Positions 16,423-25,293 of a stretch of 32,000 bases of DNA are shown piece by piece. The position numbers and the translations under genes are program-made. Source of the DNA: Candidatus Methanoperedens sp. (lineage in GTDB: Archaea; Halobacteriota; Methanosarcinia; Methanosarcinales; Methanoperedenaceae); assembly GCA_027460535.1 (NCBI GenBank), contig JAPZAR010000006.1:30001-62000 (forward strand). The letters are read 5' to 3'. Below the pieces are notes generated by a model. The model saw nothing but the letters and a program-made list of their open reading frames with translations, did not search any database and was not told the origin of the DNA. Numbering within the stretch: position 1 is the stretch's first letter; each line of letters starts with the position of its first letter.

Positions 16423-18273
16423 ATGGCAAAGATAATAGGAATAGATCTGGGTACAAGTAATTCAGCCGCTGCTGTCATGCAGGGCAGCAGACCTGTAATA
16501 ATACCAAGCGCGGAAGGGATATCACTCGGTGGGAAGGCCTTCCCGTCGTACGTAGCATTCACAAAAGACGGGCAGAGACTCGTGGGGGAGCCGGCTCGCC
16601 GGCAGGCAGTGACAAATCCCGAAGGGACTGCTTATGCTTTCAAGAGAAAAATGGGTACCGATTATAAGTACAGTCTGCGCGGGAAAGATTACAGGCCGCA
16701 GGAACTTTCAGCTTTCCTTCTCCAAAAAATAAAGCAGGATGCTGAGGCATTTTTAGGTGACAAAGTTGAAAAAGCGGTAATCACGGTACCGGCCTACTTC
16801 AATGATAACCAGAGGCAGGCCACCAAGGATGCCGGGGAAATAGCCGGACTTGAAGTTGTAAGGATCATCAATGAACCTACAGCAGCATCACTTGCTTACG
16901 GTCTTGATAAGGCTGGCGACCAGAAGATACTTGTCTTTGACCTGGGAGGTGGAACGCTTGATGTGACCTTAATGGAACTGGGAGGCGGGGTCTTCGAAGT
17001 CAAATCAACAGCAGGAGATACACAGCTTGGCGGTACGGATATGGATAACAGGCTCGTGGATTACATTGCCGAAGAGTTCAAGAAAGAGCATGGCATTGAC
17101 CTGCGGAAAGACCGTGTTGCTAACCAGAGATTGAGGGATGCGGCGGAAAAAGCCAAGATAGAGCTTTCAACAACACTCACCACAGAGATAAACCAGCCTT
17201 TCATAACCGCGGATGCAGGCGGCCCGAAACATCTGACAATGACCCTGACAAGGGCCAAGCTTGAGGAAGTGATAAGACCTATAATCGATAGATGTCGCGC
17301 CCCTATGGAACAGGCGTTATCTGATGCAAAATTAACTAAAGCCGACATTAAGAGAGTCATTCTTGTTGGAGGCCCCACCCGGATGCCTATTGTCCAGAAG
17401 TTCGTAGAGGACTATGTCGGGAAGATAGTGGAGGGGGGTGTTGACCCTATGGAATGCGTTGCAATGGGCGCAGCCATACAGGCGGGCGTGCTTTCAGGCG
17501 AAGTGAAAGATATCCTGCTGCTTGACGTCACACCGCTTACATTGGGCATAGAGACCCTGGGCCATGTGATGACAAAGCTCATTGACAGGAACACCACCAT
17601 TCCCACGCGAAAAAGCCAGATATTTTCAACTGCTGCCGATAGCCAGACAACAGTGGAGATACACACGCTTCAGGGGGAAAGGGCGATGGCGTACGATAAC
17701 GTCACTCTGGGCAGGTTCAACCTTGTAGGTTTACCACCTGCGCCACGAGGCATTCCGCAGATCGAGGTTACTTTTGATATCGATGCGAACGGGATACTCC
17801 ATGTGACTGCAAAAGACCTGGGAACTGGCAAAGAGCAGAAGATGACCATTACTGCACCGCTCAAGATGGCCTCGGATGAGATAGACCGGAAGATAAAGGA
17901 TGCCGAGAAATACGCGGAAGAAGACAGGAAGCGGAAAGAGAAAGTCGAGGTAACAAATCAGGCTGATACGCTGATATATTCCACAGAGAAGACTCTTAAA
18001 GAGCTTGGCGACAAGGTTTCAGGCGACCAGAAACAGAAGGTTGAAAAGGCTATTGAGAATGCAAGGGAAGCGCTGAAGAGTGAAGACGTTTCAAGGATTA
18101 AGTCTGCCATAGAAGACCTGACCAAGGAAATGCACGCGATAAGTGAAATACTGTATCAGAAAGCCCAGCAGCAAACGCAGCAACCAGGACAGCAAGAAGA
18201 ACCAAAAGAAGAGAAGAAAGATGAAAAGGTGACGGATGCCGAATATAAGGTTGTAGATGAAGACAAGAAATAA
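16423..18273 (+). CDS. dnaK: Hsp70 chaperone DnaK
   Basis: 616 aa. Contains [46 protein letters not shown] and [10 protein letters not shown], the canonical Hsp70 signatures. Confidence 0.97.
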   Translation: MAKIIGIDLGTSNSAAAVMQGSRPVIIPSAEGISLGGKAFPSYVAFTKDGQRLVGEPARRQAVTNPEGTAYAFKRKMGTDYKYSLRGKDYRPQELSAFLLQKIKQDAEAFLGDKVEKAVITVPAYFNDNQRQATKDAGEIAGLEVVRIINEPTAASLAYGLDKAGDQKILVFDLGGGTLDVTLMELGGGVFEVKSTAGDTQLGGTDMDNRLVDYIAEEFKKEHGIDLRKDRVANQRLRDAAEKAKIELSTTLTTEINQPFITADAGGPKHLTMTLTRAKLEEVIRPIIDRCRAPMEQALSDAKLTKADIKRVILVGGPTRMPIVQKFVEDYVGKIVEGGVDPMECVAMGAAIQAGVLSGEVKDILLLDVTPLTLGIETLGHVMTKLIDRNTTIPTRKSQIFSTAADSQTTVEIHTLQGERAMAYDNVTLGRFNLVGLPPAPRGIPQIEVTFDIDANGILHVTAKDLGTGKEQKMTITAPLKMASDEIDRKIKDAEKYAEEDRKRKEKVEVTNQADTLIYSTEKTLKELGDKVSGDQKQKVEKAIENAREALKSEDVSRIKSAIEDLTKEMHAISEILYQKAQQQTQQPGQQEEPKEEKKDEKVTDAEYKVVDEDKK

Positions 18274-18288
18274 CATTGCTCCATATTA

Positions 18289-18316
18289 GGGGTATTAACC
18301 CCACTTTTATTTTTTC
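18289..18316 (+). terminator. Hairpin plus oligo-T terminator after dnaK
   Basis: GGGG-TATTAA-CCCC followed by ACTTTTATTTTTT. Confidence 0.5.
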
Positions 18317-18365
18317 TGGATACCGCTATACTTAATTTATGTCGGGTCATTTATGACGGCTGCTT

Positions 18366-19502
18366 ATGGCTACTAAACGCGACTATTACGAAATTCTTGG
18401 CGTGGATAAAAAGGCCGCAAAGGATGATATCAAGGCAGCATATCGTAAACTTGCGATGCAGTACCATCCTGACAGGAACAAAGCATCTGACGCAGAGGAG
18501 AAATTCAAGGAAATATCGGAAGCTTATGGCGTACTGGAAGACCAGACAAAGCGCCAGCAATATGACCAGTTCGGGCATGCTGGCATAGACATGAGGTACT
18601 CACAGGAAGACATCTTCAGGGGCGCAGCGCCGGACATAGAGGATATTCTCAGGGGTTTCGGGGCGCGTGGGTCTGGAGGATTTGGCAGGGGAGAGAGCAT
18701 ATTCGATATATTCTTCGGAGGGGAAGGAAGGCGAGAAGGGCCGCGCCGGGGATCGGATTTACTCTATGAATTATCCATCAATTTTGAAGATGCTGCATCC
18801 GGGAAAACGATCGACATAGAAGTCCCAAGAACAGAGAGATGCGATACATGCAACGGGAGCGGGGCCAAACCCGGAACATCGCCAAAGACATGTCCGGCAT
18901 GCCGGGGGACGGGCCAGGTGAGCAGGACGCAGAACACGCCCTTTGGCAGGTTCATGACAACTTCCACATGCGGGACATGCCGCGGGTCCGGAACGATAAT
19001 CGATGCACCCTGCCCTGCCTGCCACGGCTCTGGCACTGTTCAGAGAAGGCGAAAGCTGGAAGTGAAGATCCCGCCGGGTGTTGATACCGGTTCAAGGCTG
19101 AGGGTGCCAGGCGAGGGAGAAGCAGGTGAGAAGGGCGGCCCGCCAGGCGACCTGTATGTGGAAATAAACGTCAGGCCTCACAATATTTTTACGCGACATG
19201 AAAACGATATTCTGATGGAAACCACCATCAGCTTCGCACAGGCAGCCCTGGGGGATGAGATCATCGTACCAACGCTTGATGGAAAGGCAACGATGAAAAT
19301 CCCATCGGGTACGCAGAACGGTCATATTTTCCGCCTCAAAGGTAAAGGTTTCCCGAGCCTTCACATGTCGGGAAAAGGCGATGAAATGGTAAAAATCAGG
19401 GTCGATGTCCCGACAAATTTAACTGATAGGCAAAAACAACTGCTGCGAGAATTCGCGGAGATAAGTGGAGAAAAAATCCGCAAGAAAGGGATTTTCGGAT
19501 AA
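18366..19502 (+). CDS. dnaJ: Hsp40 co-chaperone DnaJ (type I, zinc-finger containing)
   Basis: 378 aa. J domain DYYEILGV...YHPDRN, a G/F-rich region, and four CxxCxGxG repeats (CDTCNGSG, CPACRGTG, CGTCRGSG, CPACHGSG). Confidence 0.95.
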   Translation: MATKRDYYEILGVDKKAAKDDIKAAYRKLAMQYHPDRNKASDAEEKFKEISEAYGVLEDQTKRQQYDQFGHAGIDMRYSQEDIFRGAAPDIEDILRGFGARGSGGFGRGESIFDIFFGGEGRREGPRRGSDLLYELSINFEDAASGKTIDIEVPRTERCDTCNGSGAKPGTSPKTCPACRGTGQVSRTQNTPFGRFMTTSTCGTCRGSGTIIDAPCPACHGSGTVQRRRKLEVKIPPGVDTGSRLRVPGEGEAGEKGGPPGDLYVEINVRPHNIFTRHENDILMETTISFAQAALGDEIIVPTLDGKATMKIPSGTQNGHIFRLKGKGFPSLHMSGKGDEMVKIRVDVPTNLTDRQKQLLREFAEISGEKIRKKGIFG

Positions 19503-19503
19503 G

Positions 19504-20877
19504 TTATTTCGACCTGACGTATTCGTCTATCGCCCGTGCTGCCTTCTTGCCTGCGCCCATTGCGCTTATCACGGTCGCTGAGCCTGTGATCGCGTCCCCG
19601 CCTGCGTAAACGCCCTGTTTTGTGGTAGCGCCATTCTCTTTTGCGATGATCGTGCCGTGTTTTGTTATTTCAAGCCCCGCTGTAGTTCTCGGCACAAGCG
19701 GATTGGGTGATGTTCCTACAGCGATTATCACCACGTCGGCCTCTATCTTATGCTCCGTCCCACCGAGAGGCATGGGTTTGCACCTTCCCGATTCGTCTGG
19801 TTCGCACAGATACATGTTAATGCATTCCACATGGGTGACCCAGTTCTTCCCGTCACCTATGAGCCTTACCGGGTTCGTAAGGAGCCTGAACTTGATGCCT
19901 TCTTCCTTTGCATGTTCTATCTCCTCTGCTCGTGCAGGCATCTCTTCCTCGCTGCGCCTGTAAACAATAGTAACCTCCTCCGCCCCAAGGCGCAGGGCGC
20001 ATCTTGCGGAGTCCATGGCCACATTGCCCCCGCCGACCACAACAACGCGTTTTCCTTTCTTGATCGGCGTATCATAATCGGGAAACCTGTAGGATTTCAT
20101 TAGATTCACGCGGGTGAGGAATTCATTTGCCGAATAAACACCATTCAGGTTCTCTCCGTCGACGTTAAGGAAAACAGGGAGCCCTGCCCCCGTTCCAAGA
20201 AACACGGCATCGAATTCGGAAAGCAGCTCATCCACGGTCGCTATCTTTCCGATAACGGAATCAAGAAGAATTGTCACGCCCAGTTTGCGAACGAATTGTA
20301 CTTCTGAACTGACTATATCTTTGGGAAGCCGGAATTCCGGGATTCCGTAGGTAAGAACTCCACCGGGTTCATGGAGCGCCTCAAAGATCGTAACCAAATG
20401 GCCCATTCTCGCAAGGTCGGCGGCGGCAGTGAGCCCCGCAGGGCCTGAGCCTACGATGGCGATTTTCTTTCCTGTGGGCTCCGCTGTCAGCGTAACCGCC
20501 ACACCCTTTTTCCGCTCATAATCCGATACGAAGCGCTCAAGCCTGCCTATTGAGACAGAGGCTCCTTTCTTGCACAGTATGCATGTCTGTTCGCACTGTG
20601 TTTCCTGCGGACAGACGCGCCCGCAGATGGCGGGAAGTGCATTATCTTCTTTTATTTCCCTTATCGCGCTGTCAAAATCACCCTCTGCAACATATTTCAG
20701 GAAATCGGGTATCTTTACCTCTACGGGACAGCCTTTCATGCATGTGGGTTTTTTGCACTGGAGACAGCGTTTTGCTTCTTCGACCGCCTGCTCCCCGGTA
20801 AAACCCAGGGCCACTTCGTCAAAATTTGTAGCGCGGATTTTGGGGTCCTGCTCCGGCATTTTCTGGCGCTCTAGCAT
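19504..20877 (-). CDS. nfnB: GltD-like NADPH-dependent oxidoreductase large subunit (NfnB / SudA-type)
   Basis: 457 aa. The N-terminal Fe-S region is RCLQCKKPTCMKGCPVEVKIP...CGRVCPQE. There are two dinucleotide-binding motifs, IAIVGSGPAGL and VVVVGGGNVAMD. It is paired with the PyrK-like subunit upstream. Assignment as Nfn versus another GltD-family role is by family resemblance only. Confidence 0.8.
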   Translation of the reverse strand: MLERQKMPEQDPKIRATNFDEVALGFTGEQAVEEAKRCLQCKKPTCMKGCPVEVKIPDFLKYVAEGDFDSAIREIKEDNALPAICGRVCPQETQCEQTCILCKKGASVSIGRLERFVSDYERKKGVAVTLTAEPTGKKIAIVGSGPAGLTAAADLARMGHLVTIFEALHEPGGVLTYGIPEFRLPKDIVSSEVQFVRKLGVTILLDSVIGKIATVDELLSEFDAVFLGTGAGLPVFLNVDGENLNGVYSANEFLTRVNLMKSYRFPDYDTPIKKGKRVVVVGGGNVAMDSARCALRLGAEEVTIVYRRSEEEMPARAEEIEHAKEEGIKFRLLTNPVRLIGDGKNWVTHVECINMYLCEPDESGRCKPMPLGGTEHKIEADVVIIAVGTSPNPLVPRTTAGLEITKHGTIIAKENGATTKQGVYAGGDAITGSATVISAMGAGKKAARAIDEYVRSK

Positions 20878-21716
20878 TTACATCCTTCCCTTTCGCATTT
20901 ATACTTTTCAAGTGCCAATTTTTCTTCCGGCTGGTACATGGCAAGCCTGTTCATCAGGAGTGTGAAATCCACAAGATGTGCATCGAATTCGGGACCATCA
21001 ACGCATGCGAACTTGGTCTCGTTCGCCACAAGCACCCTGCACGCCCCGCACATGCCAGTCCCGTCTACCATTATGGAGTTCAGACTAACTATGGTTTTAA
21101 CATTGAATGGCCGGGTCACGCCGGCAACTGCACGCATCATCACCGGCGGTCCGATGGCAACGACCCTGTCCACCTTTGTGCCGTTATCGATGAGCTTTTT
21201 GACGATATCGGTAACAAAGCCGTGATGGCCTTTTGTCCCGTCGTCCGTGGTGATGTACAATTGATCGCTCACCTCGCGCATCCTGTCTTCCCATAATAGA
21301 AGACTGATGTTCCGTGCGCCTATGATCGAAATGACCCTGTTTCCCGCCTCCTTGAAGGCCCGCGCCTGCGGGAAAACCGGGGCTACTCCGACCCCGCCGC
21401 CAACCAATACAACGGTTCCCACATTTTCAATATGCGCCGGGTTTCCAAGCGGCCCAATGAAATCCAGGAGTTCATTTCCTGCTTCCAGGGATGCGAGGTG
21501 CATGGTGGTCTTGCCCACTGCCTGGAAGATCACGGTAATCGTGCCTTTTTCCCTGTCAAAATCAGCAATGGTCAGGGGTATCCTTTCCCCGCTATCGTCT
21601 ATCCTTAGCATCACGAATTGCCCGGGCTGGGCTTTCCTGGCAATGCGCGGCGCGTTTATCTCCATCAAATAAATTGTTGGGACAAGCTCTTTTTTTTCAA
21701 GGATCTCAAATGACAT
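20871..21716 (-). CDS. nfnA: PyrK-like FAD/NAD(P)-binding ferredoxin reductase small subunit (NfnA / SudB-type)
   Basis: 281 aa. Contains PGQFVMLRI, RIPLTIADFD, LVGGGVGVAPV and a C-terminal [2Fe-2S] motif DGTGMCGACRV...FACVDGPEF. It overlaps the downstream gene by 7 nt. Confidence 0.8.
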   Translation of the reverse strand: MSFEILEKKELVPTIYLMEINAPRIARKAQPGQFVMLRIDDSGERIPLTIADFDREKGTITVIFQAVGKTTMHLASLEAGNELLDFIGPLGNPAHIENVGTVVLVGGGVGVAPVFPQARAFKEAGNRVISIIGARNISLLLWEDRMREVSDQLYITTDDGTKGHHGFVTDIVKKLIDNGTKVDRVVAIGPPVMMRAVAGVTRPFNVKTIVSLNSIMVDGTGMCGACRVLVANETKFACVDGPEFDAHLVDFTLLMNRLAMYQPEEKLALEKYKCEREGCKC

Positions 21717-21840
21717 GCGAATGGTTTAAGTGGAGTTTAACATGAAAAAGCTATTGGTTTGGCTCTTATCAAAACTCATGAAAACGTTTATCTTTAATGA
21801 CATTAAACAGTTTGAACGTTTACAGAATTCCGCGTGAAGA

Positions 21841-22260
21841 ATGAAATATATCAATTTTATGCTTGTGGGCATCGTATTGCTTTCAGTCATATCAGGATGC
21901 ATCAGCGGCACAGAGGCGCCGGAAAAAACCCAGTATGCTGAGATCAGTGTGCAGCAGGCTAAAGCTATGATAGATGGCGGTGGAGTTTTTATTCTTGATG
22001 TGAGGACGCAGGAAGAATATGATGCCGGGCATATCAATGGGTCAGTCCGGATACCCGTTCAGGATATTAAAGTAAAGGAAGAGCTTGATAAAGAGCTCAC
22101 AAAGATACCAAGGGACAGGAAAATACTTGTATATTGCAGGACTGGCATCCGAAGCGCCCAGGCAAGTGAAGTGCTGGTAAATAATGGATTTACCGAAGTG
22201 TACAGCATGAAAGGAGGCATCACCGATTGGACCGGGGCAGGATATGAAGTAATAAAATAA
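21841..22260 (+). CDS. Secreted/lipid-anchored single-domain rhodanese sulfurtransferase
   Basis: 139 aa. Signal peptide with a lipobox-like LSVISGC. Rhodanese core FILDVRTQEEYDAGHINGSVRIP with active-site loop VYCRTGIRS. Confidence 0.8.
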   Translation: MKYINFMLVGIVLLSVISGCISGTEAPEKTQYAEISVQQAKAMIDGGGVFILDVRTQEEYDAGHINGSVRIPVQDIKVKEELDKELTKIPRDRKILVYCRTGIRSAQASEVLVNNGFTEVYSMKGGITDWTGAGYEVIK

Positions 22261-22486
22261 CTAATATCACAAAATAACGATTTTTAATGCATCTATTGGT
22301 TTAATAGCGATTTTGAATTGTGGGGCTCAATGTCAGGTTAAATCTTCTTGTGTATTCTGATCAAGCCATTTCGGAATTTTTTTGCTTTAAATTTATTTCT
22401 GCGCCACAATAAAATAAGTTTTATTACTGTATATGTGTATTTTAGAGCCTGTAGCATCTAAAGGGTGCAAGGAGAGATTGAAATCA

Positions 22487-22777
22487 ATGTCAGAAATCAA
22501 GAATTTTATTTTAAGGAACAAGAATGGTACAGAAGAAGGTGTATTTACAGGCCGGCAACCGCGCCAGGCAGCCCTTAAAGCAGCGAACCGCATGGGCGGA
22601 TCAAAAGATAAACCCGTCGAGATCAGATTGAGAGAAAGAGGTACAAAGAAAATCCATGTATTCAAGGCGTGGAAACAGATCATCGCTGCCCCAAAGAATA
22701 AACCCTCATGGATGCCGGATAAGATCAATAAGCCGTTCGTCAAAAAGGTAGGGACAGAAAAGCTTGATAAGCTTTAA
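22487..22777 (+). CDS. Chromatin protein MC1
   Basis: 96 aa starting MSEIKNFILRN. GVFTGRQPRQAALKAANR and IRLRERGTKKIHVFKAWKQIIAAPKNKPSWMPDKINKPFVKK are nearly the Methanosarcina MC1 sequence as I remember it. AAGGAGAG SD. The ORF-track start at 22433 is an upstream extension. Confidence 0.9.
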   Translation: MSEIKNFILRNKNGTEEGVFTGRQPRQAALKAANRMGGSKDKPVEIRLRERGTKKIHVFKAWKQIIAAPKNKPSWMPDKINKPFVKKVGTEKLDKL

Positions 22778-22803
22778 ACTACTTTTTCTTTTTTAATTTT
22801 TTT
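22759..22803 (+). terminator. Hairpin plus multiple oligo-T tracts after the MC1 gene
   Basis: AAAGCTT-GAT-AAGCTTT hairpin at the CDS end, then T5, T6 and T7 runs at 22783-22803. Confidence 0.55.
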
Positions 22804-22971
22804 AGTATATTCGCCTATCCCGTAAGCATTTTCATCCGTTGCGCCTGTGACCCATTTGGGGATTTTTGATCAACGCAAATCATGGCAATTTCCTGTGTAG
22901 GACATTCGAACCCGGGGACTGCGTTCTGTTATAGATAAATCGTGAATAGGTTCTGCCCCATTCCAAGCCAT

Positions 22972-23130
22972 CTATCTTTTTATGGTTATGTTAATGGTCT
23001 TCCAGTCCTCATTTATATCTCTGAGAGTTCCTACCGCGCCAGCGATGGTGCCAGATAGGATTTTCTCTACAAAATCATTCATCTCGATATTCTCACCGTC
23101 AACTTTCAGAACAATATCCATCTCTTTCAT
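22972..23130 (-). CDS. Small hypothetical protein, 52 aa (not in the supplied ORF track)
   Basis: My translation of the minus strand is MKEMDIVLKVDGENIEMNDFVEKILSGTIAGAVGTLRDINEDWKTINITIKR*. A GAGGT SD lies about 7 nt upstream of the ATG at 23130. It overlaps and is preferred over the plus-strand 70-aa ORF 22982-23194, which has low-complexity F/S/I composition. Confidence 0.45.
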   Translation of the reverse strand: MKEMDIVLKVDGENIEMNDFVEKILSGTIAGAVGTLRDINEDWKTINITIKR

Positions 23131-23244
23131 AAAGATACCTCACAATATATTGGCTATGATTCATAATAGTTGTACCGTTCGTTCCAATTTTTAGGAACAT
23201 TTTAAGCCTATGGAAATAATTGCAGGAACCTATTGCGGGGATTT

Positions 23245-23931
23245 ATGCAGGAATATAAAATAAGAATCCAGGACATGAGAAAAGAAGAAAGACCAAGGGA
23301 GAGGCTTTTAAAGAGCGGCCCTTCGGTATTAAGCGATTCTGAACTTCTGGCAATAATACTGAGAACAGGTTCACAAAATGAAAACGTTATAAACCTGTCC
23401 CAGAGGATACTGTCACAGTACAGCCTGAAACAGCTTTCGCAGACTAACCATTCACAATTAATGGACATACACGGCATCAAAGAAAGTAAAGCGGCGCAGA
23501 TCGCAGCATGTTTTGAGATCGCACGCAGGTTGGAATCCTTCAGTGAAGACGCAAAACCAAAGATCAACTCACCTGAGGACGTATACAGGCGGATCTACCC
23601 GAAAATGAGGGAGCAGAAAAAAGAAAGTTTTATCGAGTTATGCCTTGATACCAAGAACCAGATAATCAAAGAGGAAACCATATCCATCGGTTCATTGAAC
23701 GCCAACATCGTCCATCCAAGAGAAGTATTCAAGACTGCCCTGGCTGAATCCGCGGCGCACATCATCGTGGCTCATAACCATCCATCGGGCGATCCCACGC
23801 CGAGCAGGGAGGATATCGAGATCACGAAGAAACTTGTGGAGACGGGAAAGATAATAGGGATAGATGTGCTTGACCATGTTATAATAGGCGACGGACGCCA
23901 TTTCAGCATGAAGGAGGCGGGACATATTTAA
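23245..23931 (+). CDS. radC: RadC-like JAB/MPN-domain protein (UPF0758)
   Basis: The N-terminal region ERPRERLLKSGPSVLSDSELLAIILRTGSQNENVINLSQ and HGIKESKAAQIAACFEIARR is HhH-like. The JAMM motif HNHPSGDPTPSREDIEITKKL is intact. The ATG at 23245 is preferred to the TTG at 23233. Confidence 0.85.
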   Translation: MQEYKIRIQDMRKEERPRERLLKSGPSVLSDSELLAIILRTGSQNENVINLSQRILSQYSLKQLSQTNHSQLMDIHGIKESKAAQIAACFEIARRLESFSEDAKPKINSPEDVYRRIYPKMREQKKESFIELCLDTKNQIIKEETISIGSLNANIVHPREVFKTALAESAAHIIVAHNHPSGDPTPSREDIEITKKLVETGKIIGIDVLDHVIIGDGRHFSMKEAGHI

Positions 23932-23933
23932 TC

Positions 23934-24545
23934 ATGTCTTATTCCGCGCTCATACTTGCCGGGGGTTTTGGAAGCCGCCTGGGTTATCGGGAAAAAGCCC
24001 TTATAGATATCAATGGCAGGCCGATTATATCTTTTGTCATAGAGAGCCTTGAAAAAGTCGCGGACAACATTATTATTTCCGCACGTGATGAAGCCCAGGG
24101 GGAACGTTTGAAATCCGTGCTTGCTGGCTGCAAGCTCACATACGATGCTTATGAGAACATAGGTCCTCTTGCAGGGATGCTTTCCGGACTTTTGGCTTGC
24201 GAGGATGAGTATTGTTTTATCGCAGCTTGCGATATGCCTTTTATTAGTGAGAAGGCCGTAGAGTTACTTTTCAGGGAAAGTGAATATTTCGATGCAGCAA
24301 TTCCTCGATGGGATGATGGCTTTCTTGAACCGTTGCATGCTGTTTACAGATGCAGGCCAATGATACGTGAGACAAGAGAAGCGATAGAAAAAGGTGAAAC
24401 TGTGATACTTTCCCCAGTATTCAAACTGAATGTAAATTATGTTTCTACGGATGATATCAAAAAAATCGACCCTGATTTAAGAACATTTATGAATGTGAAT
24501 ACCCAGGAAGATATACAAGAGGTTATAAAAAAGAGATCATTTTAA
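23934..24545 (+). CDS. mobA: Molybdenum cofactor guanylyltransferase MobA
   Basis: 203 aa. ALILAGGFGSRLG nucleotidyltransferase P-loop-like motif, ACDMPFI, and PLHAVY. It starts 2 nt after the radC stop. Confidence 0.85.
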   Translation: MSYSALILAGGFGSRLGYREKALIDINGRPIISFVIESLEKVADNIIISARDEAQGERLKSVLAGCKLTYDAYENIGPLAGMLSGLLACEDEYCFIAACDMPFISEKAVELLFRESEYFDAAIPRWDDGFLEPLHAVYRCRPMIRETREAIEKGETVILSPVFKLNVNYVSTDDIKKIDPDLRTFMNVNTQEDIQEVIKKRSF

Positions 24546-24546
24546 T

Positions 24547-25293
24547 ATGTACACAGGAAATTACAAGGCCAGGGAATTGAACGGTGATGTATCCCGTGAT
24601 AGAATATATTCAGTAGCCGTGGAAGATACCATTGAATTATTTGTAAATAATATCCGGGTAGCTTCGATACTGGCCACGCCTGAGATGCTGGAAGAGCTTG
24701 CTCTCGGTTATCTTATCTGCGAGGGGATAGTGAAATCCCGGGACGAGATCAAAGACCTTCGTATTGAGGGAAAAACCGTGCATACCCGGATGGAATACAC
24801 GGAGCATCTTGAGCTCTGGCGCGAGCTGCGCTCCTCGGGATGCGTGGGCGTTCGCTGGGATGAGAACGAGGTAATCTCTGTGAGCTCCGATACTATATTC
24901 AGCCCAGATGCAATTAGAAAAAGCCTTGGATTTCTGGATTCCGATATATACAGGAAGACGCGCGGAACCCATGCCGCATGCCTTGTAAATAACGATGGGG
25001 AATGCGTTGTCAAGGCCATTGATGTCGGCAGGCACAATGCTTTTGACAAGGTGGTGGGGCGGGCAATACTAAACGGTGTCAGGCTGGGTGAACATTTCCT
25101 GCTCTCCACGGGGCGGCAGTCCGCGGGCATGGTTCAAAAAGCTGCCCGGGCAGGCATTCCTCTTGTGGCAACCAAGACTGCGCCCCTTAATACGGGCGTG
25201 GAGGCCGCTGAGAAAGCAGGAGTCTGTCTAGTATGCTTCGTTTCAGATGAAAAAATGTCCGTGTTCACCCATCCGGGGAGGCTTGGTCTGTGA
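24547..25293 (+). CDS. fdhD: Formate dehydrogenase-family accessory sulfurtransferase FdhD
   Basis: 248 aa. Contains LATPEMLEELALGYLICEGI, RSSGCVGV, TRGTHAA, DVGRHNAFDKVVG and STGRQSAGMVQKAARAGIPLVATKTAP. It starts 1 nt after the mobA stop. Confidence 0.85.
   Translation: MYTGNYKARELNGDVSRDRIYSVAVEDTIELFVNNIRVASILATPEMLEELALGYLICEGIVKSRDEIKDLRIEGKTVHTRMEYTEHLELWRELRSSGCVGVRWDENEVISVSSDTIFSPDAIRKSLGFLDSDIYRKTRGTHAACLVNNDGECVVKAIDVGRHNAFDKVVGRAILNGVRLGEHFLLSTGRQSAGMVQKAARAGIPLVATKTAPLNTGVEAAEKAGVCLVCFVSDEKMSVFTHPGRLGL

Noticed and set aside
22895-22925. tRNA-like T-loop string (TTCGAACCCGGGG / minus-strand CCCCGGGTTCGAATG) in the MC1 downstream spacer
   Set aside because: The flanks do not form a T-stem (CCGGG is not followed by CCCGG). 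I could build no acceptor, D or anticodon arm on either strand. TTCGAA and CCCGGG are both simple palindromes. This is most likely chance, or at best a decayed fragment.
22982-23194. Plus-strand 70-aa ORF listed in the track
   Set aside because: It has low-complexity F/S/I-rich composition and no SD. The minus-strand 52-aa ORF in the same interval has a proper SD and balanced composition.
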